From Candidatus Nanohalarchaeota archaeon (GTDB lineage Archaea; Nanohalarchaeota; Nanosalinia; Nanosalinales; Nanosalinaceae): 64,000 bases of DNA. Below, piece by piece: positions 29,547 through 38,577 of the stretch; the first letter of the stretch is position 1; the number at the start of each line of letters is the position of its first letter. The notes under the pieces were generated by a model. It made no database searches, had not been told where the DNA came from, and saw nothing but the letters and a program-made list of their open reading frames with translations. The stretch lies in the NCBI GenBank assembly GCA_022729235.1, contig JALDAJ010000001.1, positions 1-64,000 of the forward strand. The letters are read 5' to 3'. Made by a program: the position numbers and the translations under genes.

Positions 29547-30101
29547 ATGTCCGTCACAGATGAAAGATGGCAGGATGTTCGGGATGAACTTGAGAGTATT
29601 GATAATGAACTCGATGAAAAATTTGAAGGAGGTTCTCCTACCGTAGAAAGAGAGGTCGATGAACTTACCCGCGCATGGGTTAAGAACATTCACGCAACCC
29701 ACCACCGAATCAATGATGAACTGGCAAAAGTAGTCGAGAACCAGATAAGTCCCAGAGAAGCTGTTGAAAACGCCGCCGAAGCAATAGAAAATGATGTCAT
29801 AAACCCCTACAGAAACCTAGGCATTGATGAATTTATAGAAGAGTACAATAACTACGCAGAGGTTTTTTCCGCCGAAAGTTTCAGCTCTCCAGAAGAACTT
29901 CCTCTTGATAGAGGGGACGACCTTCAGTCACAGTTAACTGCGTTCCACCCTAATACAGTAGATTTACTGGATAGATATGAAACTCTCGTTAATTTATACG
30001 GAAACGTAAGCGATGATAGAGAAAAATACTCTTGGAGAAAAAATAGAGAAATTCCCGAAAGAGGACAAACCACCTACGGAAGAACTACTCCGGTCGATTA
30101 G
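29547..30101 (+). CDS. Acidic helical hypothetical protein (ORFan)
   Basis: Acidic, AT-richer; TTAATATA box about 25 nt upstream. Confidence 0.6.
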   Translation: MSVTDERWQDVRDELESIDNELDEKFEGGSPTVEREVDELTRAWVKNIHATHHRINDELAKVVENQISPREAVENAAEAIENDVINPYRNLGIDEFIEEYNNYAEVFSAESFSSPEELPLDRGDDLQSQLTAFHPNTVDLLDRYETLVNLYGNVSDDREKYSWRKNREIPERGQTTYGRTTPVD

Positions 30102-30996
30102 GACTTACCTCGAAGTGTTTCCCGTCTTCACCCAGGACAGTGTTCTCGAAGACCTCTCTTGCTTCTTCAAGCAGTTCTTGCTCTTTTCCGCCGCGGTAAC
30201 GTCGGGAGAAATGCGTTAATACCAGTTTGCCGACCCCGGCTTCTTCCGCGATTTCTGCCGCCTGTTTCGCCGATGTATGGTAACGGCGCTCATCTATAAG
30301 GTCGTGACCGACAGTGGATTCATGGATTAGTATGTCCGCGCCCTCTGCTTTTTCGATAGTATTTTCGCACTTTGCGGTGTCGCCGGCGTAGACGACCTTC
30401 CTGCCCGGCACTTCTTCAATCACCTGCTCCGGCTCGATTGTCTCGCCGTTCCACTCCACGCTTTCTCCCGCCTTCAGCTTCCCTATCTTTGGCGAGGCTT
30501 CCAGCCCGAGTTCCTTCATCTTCTCCTTGTTCGCCTTCACGCTGTCCTCCTCCTCGAATACGTAGCCGAATGCGTTCACGGAGTGGTCGACCTCGAAAGG
30601 TCTTACCTCGTAGCCCTCGCCGACTATCGCGTCACCCTCGACCAGATCCTCCGCGAATATATCATAGTTTCTCTGGAAGTAGCCCAGATTCAGCAGGCGC
30701 TCCGTGAACTCCTCGGTTCTCGGCGGTCCGTAGATGTACAGCGGTTTTTCGCGACCTTCCATCTCCAGCGTCTGGATCAATCCTAGAAGTCCGGAGAAAT
30801 GGTCGGCGTGCCAGTGAGTTATGAAAACCCGGGATATCTTCATCAATCCGAGCTTGTCCATCATCATCCTTCTCTGCGCACCCTCTCCGCAGTCAAACAG
30901 CAGCCGCTCTCCCTCGTAGTTCACCATGTTGCACGGCAGCGACCGCTCCCGCGTAGGTACCGCGCTCGAAGTCCCGATAGTCCAGACATCAACCAT
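30085..30996 (-). CDS. rnz: Ribonuclease Z
   Basis: GTSSAVPT, FDCGEG, THWHADH, GDT, HEST, LTHFSRRY. Confidence 0.96.
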   Translation of the reverse strand: MVDVWTIGTSSAVPTRERSLPCNMVNYEGERLLFDCGEGAQRRMMMDKLGLMKISRVFITHWHADHFSGLLGLIQTLEMEGREKPLYIYGPPRTEEFTERLLNLGYFQRNYDIFAEDLVEGDAIVGEGYEVRPFEVDHSVNAFGYVFEEEDSVKANKEKMKELGLEASPKIGKLKAGESVEWNGETIEPEQVIEEVPGRKVVYAGDTAKCENTIEKAEGADILIHESTVGHDLIDERRYHTSAKQAAEIAEEAGVGKLVLTHFSRRYRGGKEQELLEEAREVFENTVLGEDGKHFEVSPNRPE

Positions 30997-31137
30997 TTCT
31001 AATCACCTTATTGATGTCTGGTCGACACAGAATATCTTTTATTCTGTTTGAGAAACGTCTTTCAACGTTTCGAATGAAACTTGTTTCTTGAGTCCAGACG
31101 TCCATAGAAGGACTTTCTTACCGGAAGCTTTAATCGG

Positions 31138-31398
31138 TTGGCGGTCAGTTGTGGGGAAATGTATCAGCGTTTCCAGAACTATCGCAACGACTTCCTCAAA
31201 GAATACCATTTACGAAGCAACGTAGAAAGCTCATTCAATGTTATCAAAGAGAAGTTCGGGAAAAACCTAAGATGTAAAGACCCTACAGCACTAGAAACCG
31301 AGGTACTAGCAAAAGTACTATGCTACAATATCTGCGCGGTTATTCGGTCAATGCATAAGCTTGAGATAAAAGCTAACTTCTCTAGTAGAACAATCTAA
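31138..31398 (+). pseudogene. C-terminal remnant of a DDE transposase (IS4/IS5-like)
   Basis: YHLRSNVESSFNVIKEKFG...EVLAKVLCYNI (Y-x2-R-x3-E-x6-K signature); N-terminal catalytic Asp region absent. Confidence 0.75.
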
Positions 31399-31450
31399 CT
31401 CTACTAACTTCCAAAGTATACTTTTAAGATTCTGATTACCTAGGCGCACT

Positions 31451-31948
31451 ATGGGGTTGAGAATCGGTATAGATCAATCAGGGACTGTACACAAGACTAA
31501 TGACCATACTGTGATAAGCTGGTGCGATCTTAATACCACAAAAAATAACTCAAGCATATATGTTCCTAAGAAAATCACCTCAAAAGTTCATCAGTATCTC
31601 AAATCTAATTTTAGAAGCGACCCTGATTTACGGCTAAACTCGTTCAATCCTAAGATGTTTTCAGTAACTCTATACTACTTGTTAAGAGATAATATAAACC
31701 GAGTAGATCATATCGTTATAGAAGATGAATATCCTGGAAACATGCCTCAGGTAATCAACGATACATGTAATTGGTTCCGAGCTGAAGGTAAGGATGTTTC
31801 AAATGATTTATTTGAGGTTCAGAATACTGACAGAAAATTTAATGCTCATAGAATAGCGAATCTTGTTAGGGAGCAACCATCTAAGGCTAAACTTGAGTTG
31901 GACTATTGGGATTTCTATAATAAGATGTTGCCTAGTCAGAAGAGGTAA
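31451..31948 (+). CDS. DUF3800-like RNase H-fold protein
   Basis: N-terminal IGIDQSG, central IVIEDEYPG, C-terminal AHRIAN; AT-rich and not acidic. Confidence 0.6.
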   Translation: MGLRIGIDQSGTVHKTNDHTVISWCDLNTTKNNSSIYVPKKITSKVHQYLKSNFRSDPDLRLNSFNPKMFSVTLYYLLRDNINRVDHIVIEDEYPGNMPQVINDTCNWFRAEGKDVSNDLFEVQNTDRKFNAHRIANLVREQPSKAKLELDYWDFYNKMLPSQKR

Positions 31949-31958
31949 TAGTAAGAAT

Positions 31959-32041
31959 GTGGGAGACCCCTCTAGTATTTGAGGAGTCGGTACCTGAGGC
32001 TTGCCTCATTGATTTGATGAGGTCACCTTCAGGGCTCCCAC
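31959..32041 (-). ncRNA. Putative structured ncRNA (three-way junction) convergent with the DUF3800-like gene
   Basis: GUGGGA/UCCCAC closing stem, two internal hairpins, G-U wobble favouring the minus strand, BRE-TATA at the expected distance. Confidence 0.7.
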
Positions 32042-32064
32042 AATAAATCCGTACCAAGCCAACT

Positions 32065-32078
32065 TTATTAAACCTTTC
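32065..32078 (-). promoter_or_regulatory. BRE-TATA promoter of the putative ncRNA
   Basis: Minus strand GAAAGG-TTTAATAA ends 24 nt before the first G of the stem at 32041. Confidence 0.65.
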
Positions 32079-32361
32079 ACTAGAAAAACGCTACTAATCT
32101 GTTAAATAGTCTAGATAGCCTCTGATGAATCAAAAATGCCCTGTGTTCCTCTGTAATGTGTATAATACGGACTTTTAGGCTGCTGTTTAAAGAAAATTGA
32201 AACATATTATAATTAGAAATCGTGTTTTAAAGCTACTGGAAGCGGATTTAAAGCACTTTTAGTGTTTAAAAAATAGAGATTTTGTTTAAAGATTAGTCAA
32301 TTAATAAACACAGCCGCCAGAATCGAAACTATTATATAGTATTACTGAGAAGTAACAATAT

Positions 32362-33153
32362 ATGTCCTCTGGTGTAGGTAAAGGCAGGAACACTACTCTC
32401 AGCGAGTTCGGAGACGATGGAGACGGATACGATTTCAATGACACCGATTACAGGGACACAGATACGCGTTTTGTTTACGGTTCTCTGAATGGCGAACTTT
32501 CTGAAGAACCTGGTTTCAAGAACATTCTTGAGTCTGATGTTAACGTGGTAATCGACCTCAAAGGAGAGGTCGGCTGGCACCGAGACCTTGAACCTGAAGA
32601 ACTCGAAGAAGCAATAAGCCAGGCGAGTGAGTACATTGATCAAAAAGGACTGAATGCAGAAGGATTTAGCTTCAATAGCAGAGAGGCTACGGAATGGAGG
32701 TACATAATAGACGCTGTGTGGAGAGGTCTGGACGATGATCATCGCGGCAGAGAGGGCACAGAAAACTCTCATCCTCAGCCTACATTTGAGAACGCAGAAT
32801 ACAGCATAGATAAGTTCCAACAAGGTTTTCTCTCCAACAAAGACAGGTACATCGCAACCTTTGCGTCCTGGGGATGGATAGAGAATAGAGAGCCTATAGG
32901 GATAACAAACGTCGATAAGAACGTACTATATCATTCTGATAAAGCTCCAGGAGATGAGTTCGTCCTCCAAAAACAGAGGGAGAACAACCCTCGCAACGCA
33001 TCCGTAGACCGGAAAGTAGAAGTACCGGGCGAAGAACTGGCAAGGGCGCTTAATGAAGATAAACACATAGAGCGATTGCTTGAACTCGATGAAGGCCCAG
33101 ATATTAACCCTGATAGCGCTAAAGCAGCTAAAAAAATGCGCAGAACCTACTGA
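32362..33153 (+). CDS. Acidic hypothetical protein
   Basis: 263-aa ORF; TTATATA box upstream. Confidence 0.65.
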   Translation: MSSGVGKGRNTTLSEFGDDGDGYDFNDTDYRDTDTRFVYGSLNGELSEEPGFKNILESDVNVVIDLKGEVGWHRDLEPEELEEAISQASEYIDQKGLNAEGFSFNSREATEWRYIIDAVWRGLDDDHRGREGTENSHPQPTFENAEYSIDKFQQGFLSNKDRYIATFASWGWIENREPIGITNVDKNVLYHSDKAPGDEFVLQKQRENNPRNASVDRKVEVPGEELARALNEDKHIERLLELDEGPDINPDSAKAAKKMRRTY

Positions 33154-34082
33154 AGGAGATACACATACCTAGTAAGGTTCTTGTGGACGTATATCTCGTG
33201 TTCCGGTTCCATGTCGCCGATGTTTTCCCTGTCGCTCATGAAGACTATCCTACCGTTGACTAGTTCTGGAGCGACTTCGAGAAAGTCCTCTACCGGTTCG
33301 CCTTCTACCTTTGACGCCTCTCCATAGGGCAGGTCAGTGACTATAGCATCGAATTTTTGGTCAAAAATCTTTCCTGCATCCCTGACTTCGCCCTCTCGCA
33401 CGTCGTGGACGATGACTCCGTACACCTCCAGGTTCTCTCTCGCTCCCTCAACCATCTCTTCCTGCACATCTAGACCGTGGACGCCTGCACCGCATAGTCC
33501 TGCCTCGATGAGTATGCCTCCGGTACCGCAGAACGGGTCGAGCACGCTTCCTCCAGGCTTGACGCCGGAAAGGTTCACTAGTACGCGCGCCAGTACCGGG
33601 TCGAGTGAAACCGGTGACTGGAAAGGTCTCTCCTCATTACCCCGCTTTTCAAACAGTCCGCGGTCGATATCCTCCATGAGGCGGGCGAGGACATACTCGT
33701 CTTCTAAAAGATATAGCCGGAGCTCTTCGTCCGGGCGTTCAAGGTCTACTTCATTGTCTCCTGTACCAAGTATCTCGCCGACCTTTTCCTGTAACGCAGC
33801 AGTGTCATGCTCTTCATCAGACACCTCTACCGCTCTTACAGCGAAGCTTGAATCCGGGCGGTATTTGAGATCCAGAGCCTCTATACTTCCTCTCTCGATT
33901 ACTTCCGAGACCTCGTGTGTTAATGCCAGCCTTTTCAACTGTCCCTCCATCGGTTCTCCCGCGATAGCTAGCCTTCCCTCGCGTTCCACCCTGGTCTCAA
34001 GTTCCTGTGATTCGAGGAAGCCTCTCAGCTCGTCCTCCGCCAGTTCCAGGTTTTCTCCCGCCAGGAGGTATGCGTAGCTCAT
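33147..34082 (-). CDS. trmG10: tRNA m2G10 methyltransferase (THUMP plus MTase)
   Basis: SFAVR, VDLERPD, RPFQSPVSLDP.LAR, LDPFCGTGG, TDLPYG. Confidence 0.92.
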   Translation of the reverse strand: MSYAYLLAGENLELAEDELRGFLESQELETRVEREGRLAIAGEPMEGQLKRLALTHEVSEVIERGSIEALDLKYRPDSSFAVRAVEVSDEEHDTAALQEKVGEILGTGDNEVDLERPDEELRLYLLEDEYVLARLMEDIDRGLFEKRGNEERPFQSPVSLDPVLARVLVNLSGVKPGGSVLDPFCGTGGILIEAGLCGAGVHGLDVQEEMVEGARENLEVYGVIVHDVREGEVRDAGKIFDQKFDAIVTDLPYGEASKVEGEPVEDFLEVAPELVNGRIVFMSDRENIGDMEPEHEIYVHKNLTRYVYLLQ

Positions 34083-34119
34083 AGTGTTCCAGAAAGTTCT
34101 GAGGCTTATATATGCCCGG

Positions 34120-34407
34120 CTAGAAACCGTACCGGTTCACATTCCCGCACTCCCTGCAGTGGTAGTTAACCGTGGAGTTCTTCGAGTTGATGCGGACGGT
34201 GCAGTTGATGCCGGGCTTCAAGTAACTGCGGCATTCGTGGCAGAACTGTTTCCGTAAATCAGGATGTATTGAAACGTTGTACTTCATCCCTACATCCCTC
34301 GCCAGCTCCACGTACCTGTCAGCGAGTTCCTGACAGTCTTCGTTCATCCGCCTTTCAGCGAGTTCGAAGAGCCTTTCTATCCTTTCCTCTGCTATTTTCC
34401 GGGACAT
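34120..34407 (-). CDS. rnp4: RNase P protein component 4 (Rpp21)
   Basis: IAEERIERLF, RYVELA, FCHEC...CRECG. Confidence 0.93.
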   Translation of the reverse strand: MSRKIAEERIERLFELAERRMNEDCQELADRYVELARDVGMKYNVSIHPDLRKQFCHECRSYLKPGINCTVRINSKNSTVNYHCRECGNVNRYGF

Positions 34408-34459
34408 ACCCTGAAGAAAACTGTCAGCTTATAAGTAAGTTCCCGGGTAAAGAAGAGAT

Positions 34460-34777
34460 ATGGCGACTGAAGAAGACGTTCTCGGGCAGTTGGAGGAAGT
34501 CATCGACCCTGAGCTGAACGTGAACATCGTTGACCTGGGGCTTATCAGAGAGGTAGATGTGGAAGATGACCGCGCAGATATACTCATGACGCTTACTACA
34601 CCCGGATGCCCTCTACACGGTGTTTTCGATGAACTGGTAAGGCGTGAAGTCAAGAAGCTGGAAAGTATCGACGAGGTTGATGTCGAACTTACGTTCGAGC
34701 CGCGTTGGAGTCCTGACGAGATGAGTGATGAGGCACGGAACCAGCTTGGGAACATACCAGGCATGGATATCTTCTAG
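34460..34777 (+). CDS. DUF59/SufT-like Fe-S assembly protein
   Basis: VIDPELNVNIVDLGLI, MTLTTPGCP, TFEPRW. Confidence 0.92.
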   Translation: MATEEDVLGQLEEVIDPELNVNIVDLGLIREVDVEDDRADILMTLTTPGCPLHGVFDELVRREVKKLESIDEVDVELTFEPRWSPDEMSDEARNQLGNIPGMDIF

Positions 34778-35745
34778 CCAGTTATCTTCAAACAGTAACC
34801 TGATTGTACATCTTTCTTGTGTTCTTCTATACGCTCTCTAACTTTCTCGGATACCTCCGAAACTCTTCTCATATCTTCCTCCACCACCTGTGGGTCGACG
34901 AAACGCGCCTTGGTCTTGACCTTGAAATCGTAGTCCTCCTTGTTCCTCTCGATGCGGAAGTCTCCGCAGAGCAGTTCAAGTCTCTCCTCTATCTCCGGGT
35001 CTCCAGATCTTTCCAGCAGATCCATTATCTCCTTATCCGTCCCGAACAGGTCCTCTTCCTCTATCAAGCCTATTTCCATCGCCCTCTTCAAGACGCTGGC
35101 GAATACCTCATAGATTCCGGCTTCTTCGGGCGACGCCCACACCTTTTCGTCAGCCTCGACATACTTGAGTGCGTACAGTTCTGCTGTTTCTTTATCCTTC
35201 AAGACGAACCGGTTATCTTTCACAGTAAGCGAGTTCAGCAGTTTCTCAACTTCACTCTCTCCGAGCTTCCCTGCCTTGAGAGCGTCCCTTAGGAAGTAGT
35301 CAATCCTGTCCGCACATAGATCCGGTGCATCTCTTTCAAGCAGTCTAAAATTGGATTCGTCGAGGATGTAGTCAACGTCAAGCCCATGTTCCTCAAGTAT
35401 CTCCGGTATCTTGGAATCCATGACAACTTCTTCGAAGAAGTTGTCGTGGTACTCGTGCTCGCTATTCTTGAAGACGAAGTCTGCGACGTGTGAAAACGCT
35501 GTGTGAGGCACATCATGCAGCAGTCCTGCTATCTGTTCCTCTATAGACGCGTTAAACTCCCTGAGAAGGAACATCACTCCCAGTGAGTGCTCGAACCTTT
35601 TGGTTTCTGCGCGGTCGGCGAAGAAAGGTGATGGACCTCCCTGGTGTACGTGTTTTAAACGCTGGACAGGACCGGAGTTTATAAGATCCTGGAGAACTTC
35701 TTCCTCCACTTTTTGAGACCCATAGACCGGATCGTCAAATTCCAT
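34774..35745 (-). CDS. HD-domain phosphohydrolase (dNTPase-like)
   Basis: VQRLK, RFEHSLGV, GLLHDVPHTAFSH, ADRIDY. Confidence 0.9.
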   Translation of the reverse strand: MEFDDPVYGSQKVEEEVLQDLINSGPVQRLKHVHQGGPSPFFADRAETKRFEHSLGVMFLLREFNASIEEQIAGLLHDVPHTAFSHVADFVFKNSEHEYHDNFFEEVVMDSKIPEILEEHGLDVDYILDESNFRLLERDAPDLCADRIDYFLRDALKAGKLGESEVEKLLNSLTVKDNRFVLKDKETAELYALKYVEADEKVWASPEEAGIYEVFASVLKRAMEIGLIEEEDLFGTDKEIMDLLERSGDPEIEERLELLCGDFRIERNKEDYDFKVKTKARFVDPQVVEEDMRRVSEVSEKVRERIEEHKKDVQSGYCLKITG

Positions 35746-35777
35746 GGTTAACAGGTAGACAGATAATGCTTAAACCA

Positions 35778-36005
35778 TTAATCGATACCATTTTCCATAA
35801 GTTCTCTCGCCCTTTCGATTGCCCTATCCGGGGCATCCCTGTTCGCTATCAACCTGTCGTTTAGGAAAGTGTCCCATGTTTCATCCTCCTCGAACTCAGA
35901 CACCTCTATACGGTCACCAGTATCCCTGTGCTCCCATGCCCGGTGAAAATCGCTGTTTTTAGAGTCTAAAACGTTCCAAGATTCCTCATAATCCTTCATA
36001 TACAA
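35778..36005 (-). CDS. Small hypothetical protein
   Basis: Acidic, Trp-containing 75-aa ORF. Confidence 0.55.
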   Translation of the reverse strand: MYMKDYEESWNVLDSKNSDFHRAWEHRDTGDRIEVSEFEEDETWDTFLNDRLIANRDAPDRAIERARELMENGID

Positions 36006-36164
36006 ATTAGACGATTTTAAGAACTATTATAAAGATTTCCAATCGTTTAAACTGCTTAAAACCGTAACAACTTCAAGAATTATTGTTTCTTCTTCCTGCT
36101 TTTAAATATTGCTTTACTCCAGTACACTATTCCTGATTTAAGATTGTCCTCTCCCAGGTACCCC

Positions 36165-36581
36165 ATGAACCTCCACAACCTCAAAAAAGGAGACAGAGTA
36201 CTCTTCAACCAGCGAGAAATACCTCTTGAAGTATCTGACGTCGATGAGAACCGGGTACATGTCAAAGGTCCTAGAGGCGGAGAGTACATCCTGTTCCCTG
36301 CTGAAAACGACCCGGAACTTCTGCTGGTGGCGAACAAAGGCTCCCGGGAATACGCGTCAAAGGTCGAGAACCTTAGAGAAGTAGGCGAGTGGAAGAAAAC
36401 GGGTGAAAACAAATGGAGACACTCGAAGTCGAGTTGCGAGATAAATCTCATTAAGAATGATGCAGGCTTCTGGACGATAGAAACAGCGCTCGAGATAGAC
36501 CTCCCTAAATACGGCTATTCAAGTAAAGAAATAGCCGTAGAAGAGATAGAACAGCTTATAGAGAAAAATCCTGAAGGATGA
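36165..36581 (+). CDS. Hypothetical protein
   Basis: GDRVLFNQREIPLEV...GPRGGEY, SH3-like start; TATA upstream. Confidence 0.65.
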   Translation: MNLHNLKKGDRVLFNQREIPLEVSDVDENRVHVKGPRGGEYILFPAENDPELLLVANKGSREYASKVENLREVGEWKKTGENKWRHSKSSCEINLIKNDAGFWTIETALEIDLPKYGYSSKEIAVEEIEQLIEKNPEG

Positions 36582-36606
36582 CAAAAAAGAAAAGCAGAAG
36601 GAAAGA

Positions 36607-36912
36607 TTATTCCTCGGGAACTTCTTCGAAATCCTCGTGTTCCGGTTCGTCTACAGGCTCAGATTCAGTTTCCGTTTCAATCTCTTCTCCTGAAGAACCT
36701 TCTAGAGTATCAACTCCCAGGGCAGAGCAGGCAGGACACTGACGAGTGTAACCTGTCGCCAGCAAGGCTACTGCAACAACCGCAGCAACACCTGCAGCCA
36801 TAGGACTCATACTCAAGTAGTATCCCAGATAACCTGCAACCGAAACCACGACCAGCACTGCTCCGAGCGCCAGTCGCACCATACTGTCTGTAGAACCTAC
36901 GTTGGTTTCCAT
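36607..36912 (-). CDS. DUF2892/YgaP family membrane protein
   Basis: NVGSTDSMVR...two TM helices...CPACSALGVDT. Confidence 0.85.
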   Translation of the reverse strand: METNVGSTDSMVRLALGAVLVVVSVAGYLGYYLSMSPMAAGVAAVVAVALLATGYTRQCPACSALGVDTLEGSSGEEIETETESEPVDEPEHEDFEEVPEE

Positions 36913-37000
36913 AACACCGTTATAGAAGTCTTTGTTTAAAAAACTCCGCGCCAGAACCCGGAAAAACCTTCTAATATCCGCTATCCGTTCCTAATAGAAA

Positions 37001-37972
37001 TTACTCGATATGCTCAGTCAGGTTTTCAGGCACATCTTCGAGTCCTAGCTCCTGCACGAACTCACGGCTCCTCTGCCTTAAAGTAACAGTTGTGACATCC
37101 AAGACATCTGATATCTCTTTCATCGTACGGTCTTCTCCCTCCGCATAAGCTGACAGGTAGAGAGCGCTTGCGGCAAGTCCCTTGGGAGATTTACCGGATA
37201 TAAACTCCTTCTCATGAGCCTGCTCCAGTAACTCCTCTGCCTGTTCACTGGTCTCTTGACTGAGATCTAGCTTTTCCACAAACCAGTCCAGGTACTCTCC
37301 GGGGTGTGGCGGTATTATACGCGCATCTGTATTCCTACCTATGAACCGGTAAGCCTTCCCAAGCTCTCGCTGGGGCGCACCTGTGATCTCAGATATCTCC
37401 TCCAGCGTCCTCGGCTCGTCCTCTTCCCTTGCCACGATATATACCGTTGCGGCAACAACATTCCGCAGTTCTCGCCCTCTCATCAAGTCCCTATCATGCA
37501 GTTCTTCAAGAAGATTTTCCGCCCCTTCCTGGACCTCCTGCGAAAGCTCCAGTTCCGCAACCAGAGTCTGTAGAGCCTGTAACTCATACGTATGCCTGTC
37601 CTTAACCTCCGGAAGCCAGCGCTCTACTCCTTCATACTGTGGACGAGCAAAAACCGTAAGTAACAATCCTGCAACAAGCAGAGGCAGTGAAAGACCGATA
37701 GCAGCGAGCCCTGCGACGGACGCCTCAGCCGGGACAGAAACCTCTCTTATATCTCTCTGCCTGGCTGTCCTAATACTGAAGAAAAGCAGGGAGAAAATAG
37801 CTGAGAAGGCAATGAATTCTGTAGCAAATACCGCACCCGTACTGCTGAAAAATACAGATCCAAAGCTGAAGAACCTGCTGAAAACCATCCCTGCAGCTAG
37901 AGCGATTACACCGTATTGCACGCAGAGACTGCCCATACTCCGCCAAGCCTCAAGCTTGTTGTCATAGCCCAT
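37001..37972 (-). CDS. tfb: Transcription factor B paralog with N-terminal transmembrane domain
   Basis: Two TFIIB cyclin repeats (RGR...AATVYIVAR...PRTLEEI; SGKSPKGLAASALY...VTTVTLRQR); no Zn ribbon; three hydrophobic helices. Confidence 0.85.
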   Translation of the reverse strand: MGYDNKLEAWRSMGSLCVQYGVIALAAGMVFSRFFSFGSVFFSSTGAVFATEFIAFSAIFSLLFFSIRTARQRDIREVSVPAEASVAGLAAIGLSLPLLVAGLLLTVFARPQYEGVERWLPEVKDRHTYELQALQTLVAELELSQEVQEGAENLLEELHDRDLMRGRELRNVVAATVYIVAREEDEPRTLEEISEITGAPQRELGKAYRFIGRNTDARIIPPHPGEYLDWFVEKLDLSQETSEQAEELLEQAHEKEFISGKSPKGLAASALYLSAYAEGEDRTMKEISDVLDVTTVTLRQRSREFVQELGLEDVPENLTEHIE

Positions 37973-38148
37973 AAAGACGCTCTCGGGAAATTAAGCCCCG
38001 TCCAGGCTTTTAACCGAGATTACAGTCAATCGCAACAGTCACAGAGGCTGGAAGAGGTCAAAAACAGGTTTTCAGCTACTAAGTGATATTACTCACCGCA
38101 GAACCATTATCCAGTTTTTTATACTAGTAGGAGCAAATAGATACCATC

Positions 38149-38421
38149 ATGACACTGTACGAGTTCTACGGCGATGGCTGTACTCACTGTAAAACCATGG
38201 CTCCAAAAGTGGAAAAACTCGAGGAAGAAGAAGGCATAGAAGTCGAGAAACTTGAAGTCTGGAACGACGAGGAAAACCAGGAAAAACTCAAGGAACTCGA
38301 CGACGGCAGATGCGGCGGAGTACCGTTCTTCATCAACACGGAAAGCGATGAATGGATTTGCGGAGAAGCAGACTACGAAACACTAAAAGCCTGGGCGAAC
38401 GGCGAAGAAGTCGAGAACTAG
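38149..38421 (+). CDS. Thioredoxin/glutaredoxin-like protein
   Basis: FYGDGCTHC; CGGVPFF. Confidence 0.9.
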   Translation: MTLYEFYGDGCTHCKTMAPKVEKLEEEEGIEVEKLEVWNDEENQEKLKELDDGRCGGVPFFINTESDEWICGEADYETLKAWANGEEVEN

Positions 38422-38434
38422 GAGGTGAACTTTG

Positions 38435-38533
38435 ATGAGCGATAAAGACGAGGAAGACGACAAGGTCTGCAGAACATGCGGACCCGGTCTCGGAGACGAC
38501 GACCTCGAAGAGGATGAAGAAGAGGAAGAGTAA
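38435..38533 (+). CDS. 32-aa acidic CxxC micro-protein, not in ORF track
   Basis: GGAGGTGA SD; MSDKDEEDDKVCRTCGPGLGDDDLEEDEEEEE. Confidence 0.65.
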   Translation: MSDKDEEDDKVCRTCGPGLGDDDLEEDEEEEE

Positions 38534-38577
38534 GTATAAGAAACTAGCCAAGGATTTCTCCACAACGGAGATCACCG

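Noticed and set aside
31959-32041. Hammerhead ribozyme or tRNA reading of the structured element
   Set aside because: It lacks the CUGANGA/GAAA core and has no T-loop or anticodon arm.
32080-32340. AT-rich stretch as a replication origin
   Set aside because: No ORB repeats or cdc6/orc1 gene nearby; it fits the accessory island better.
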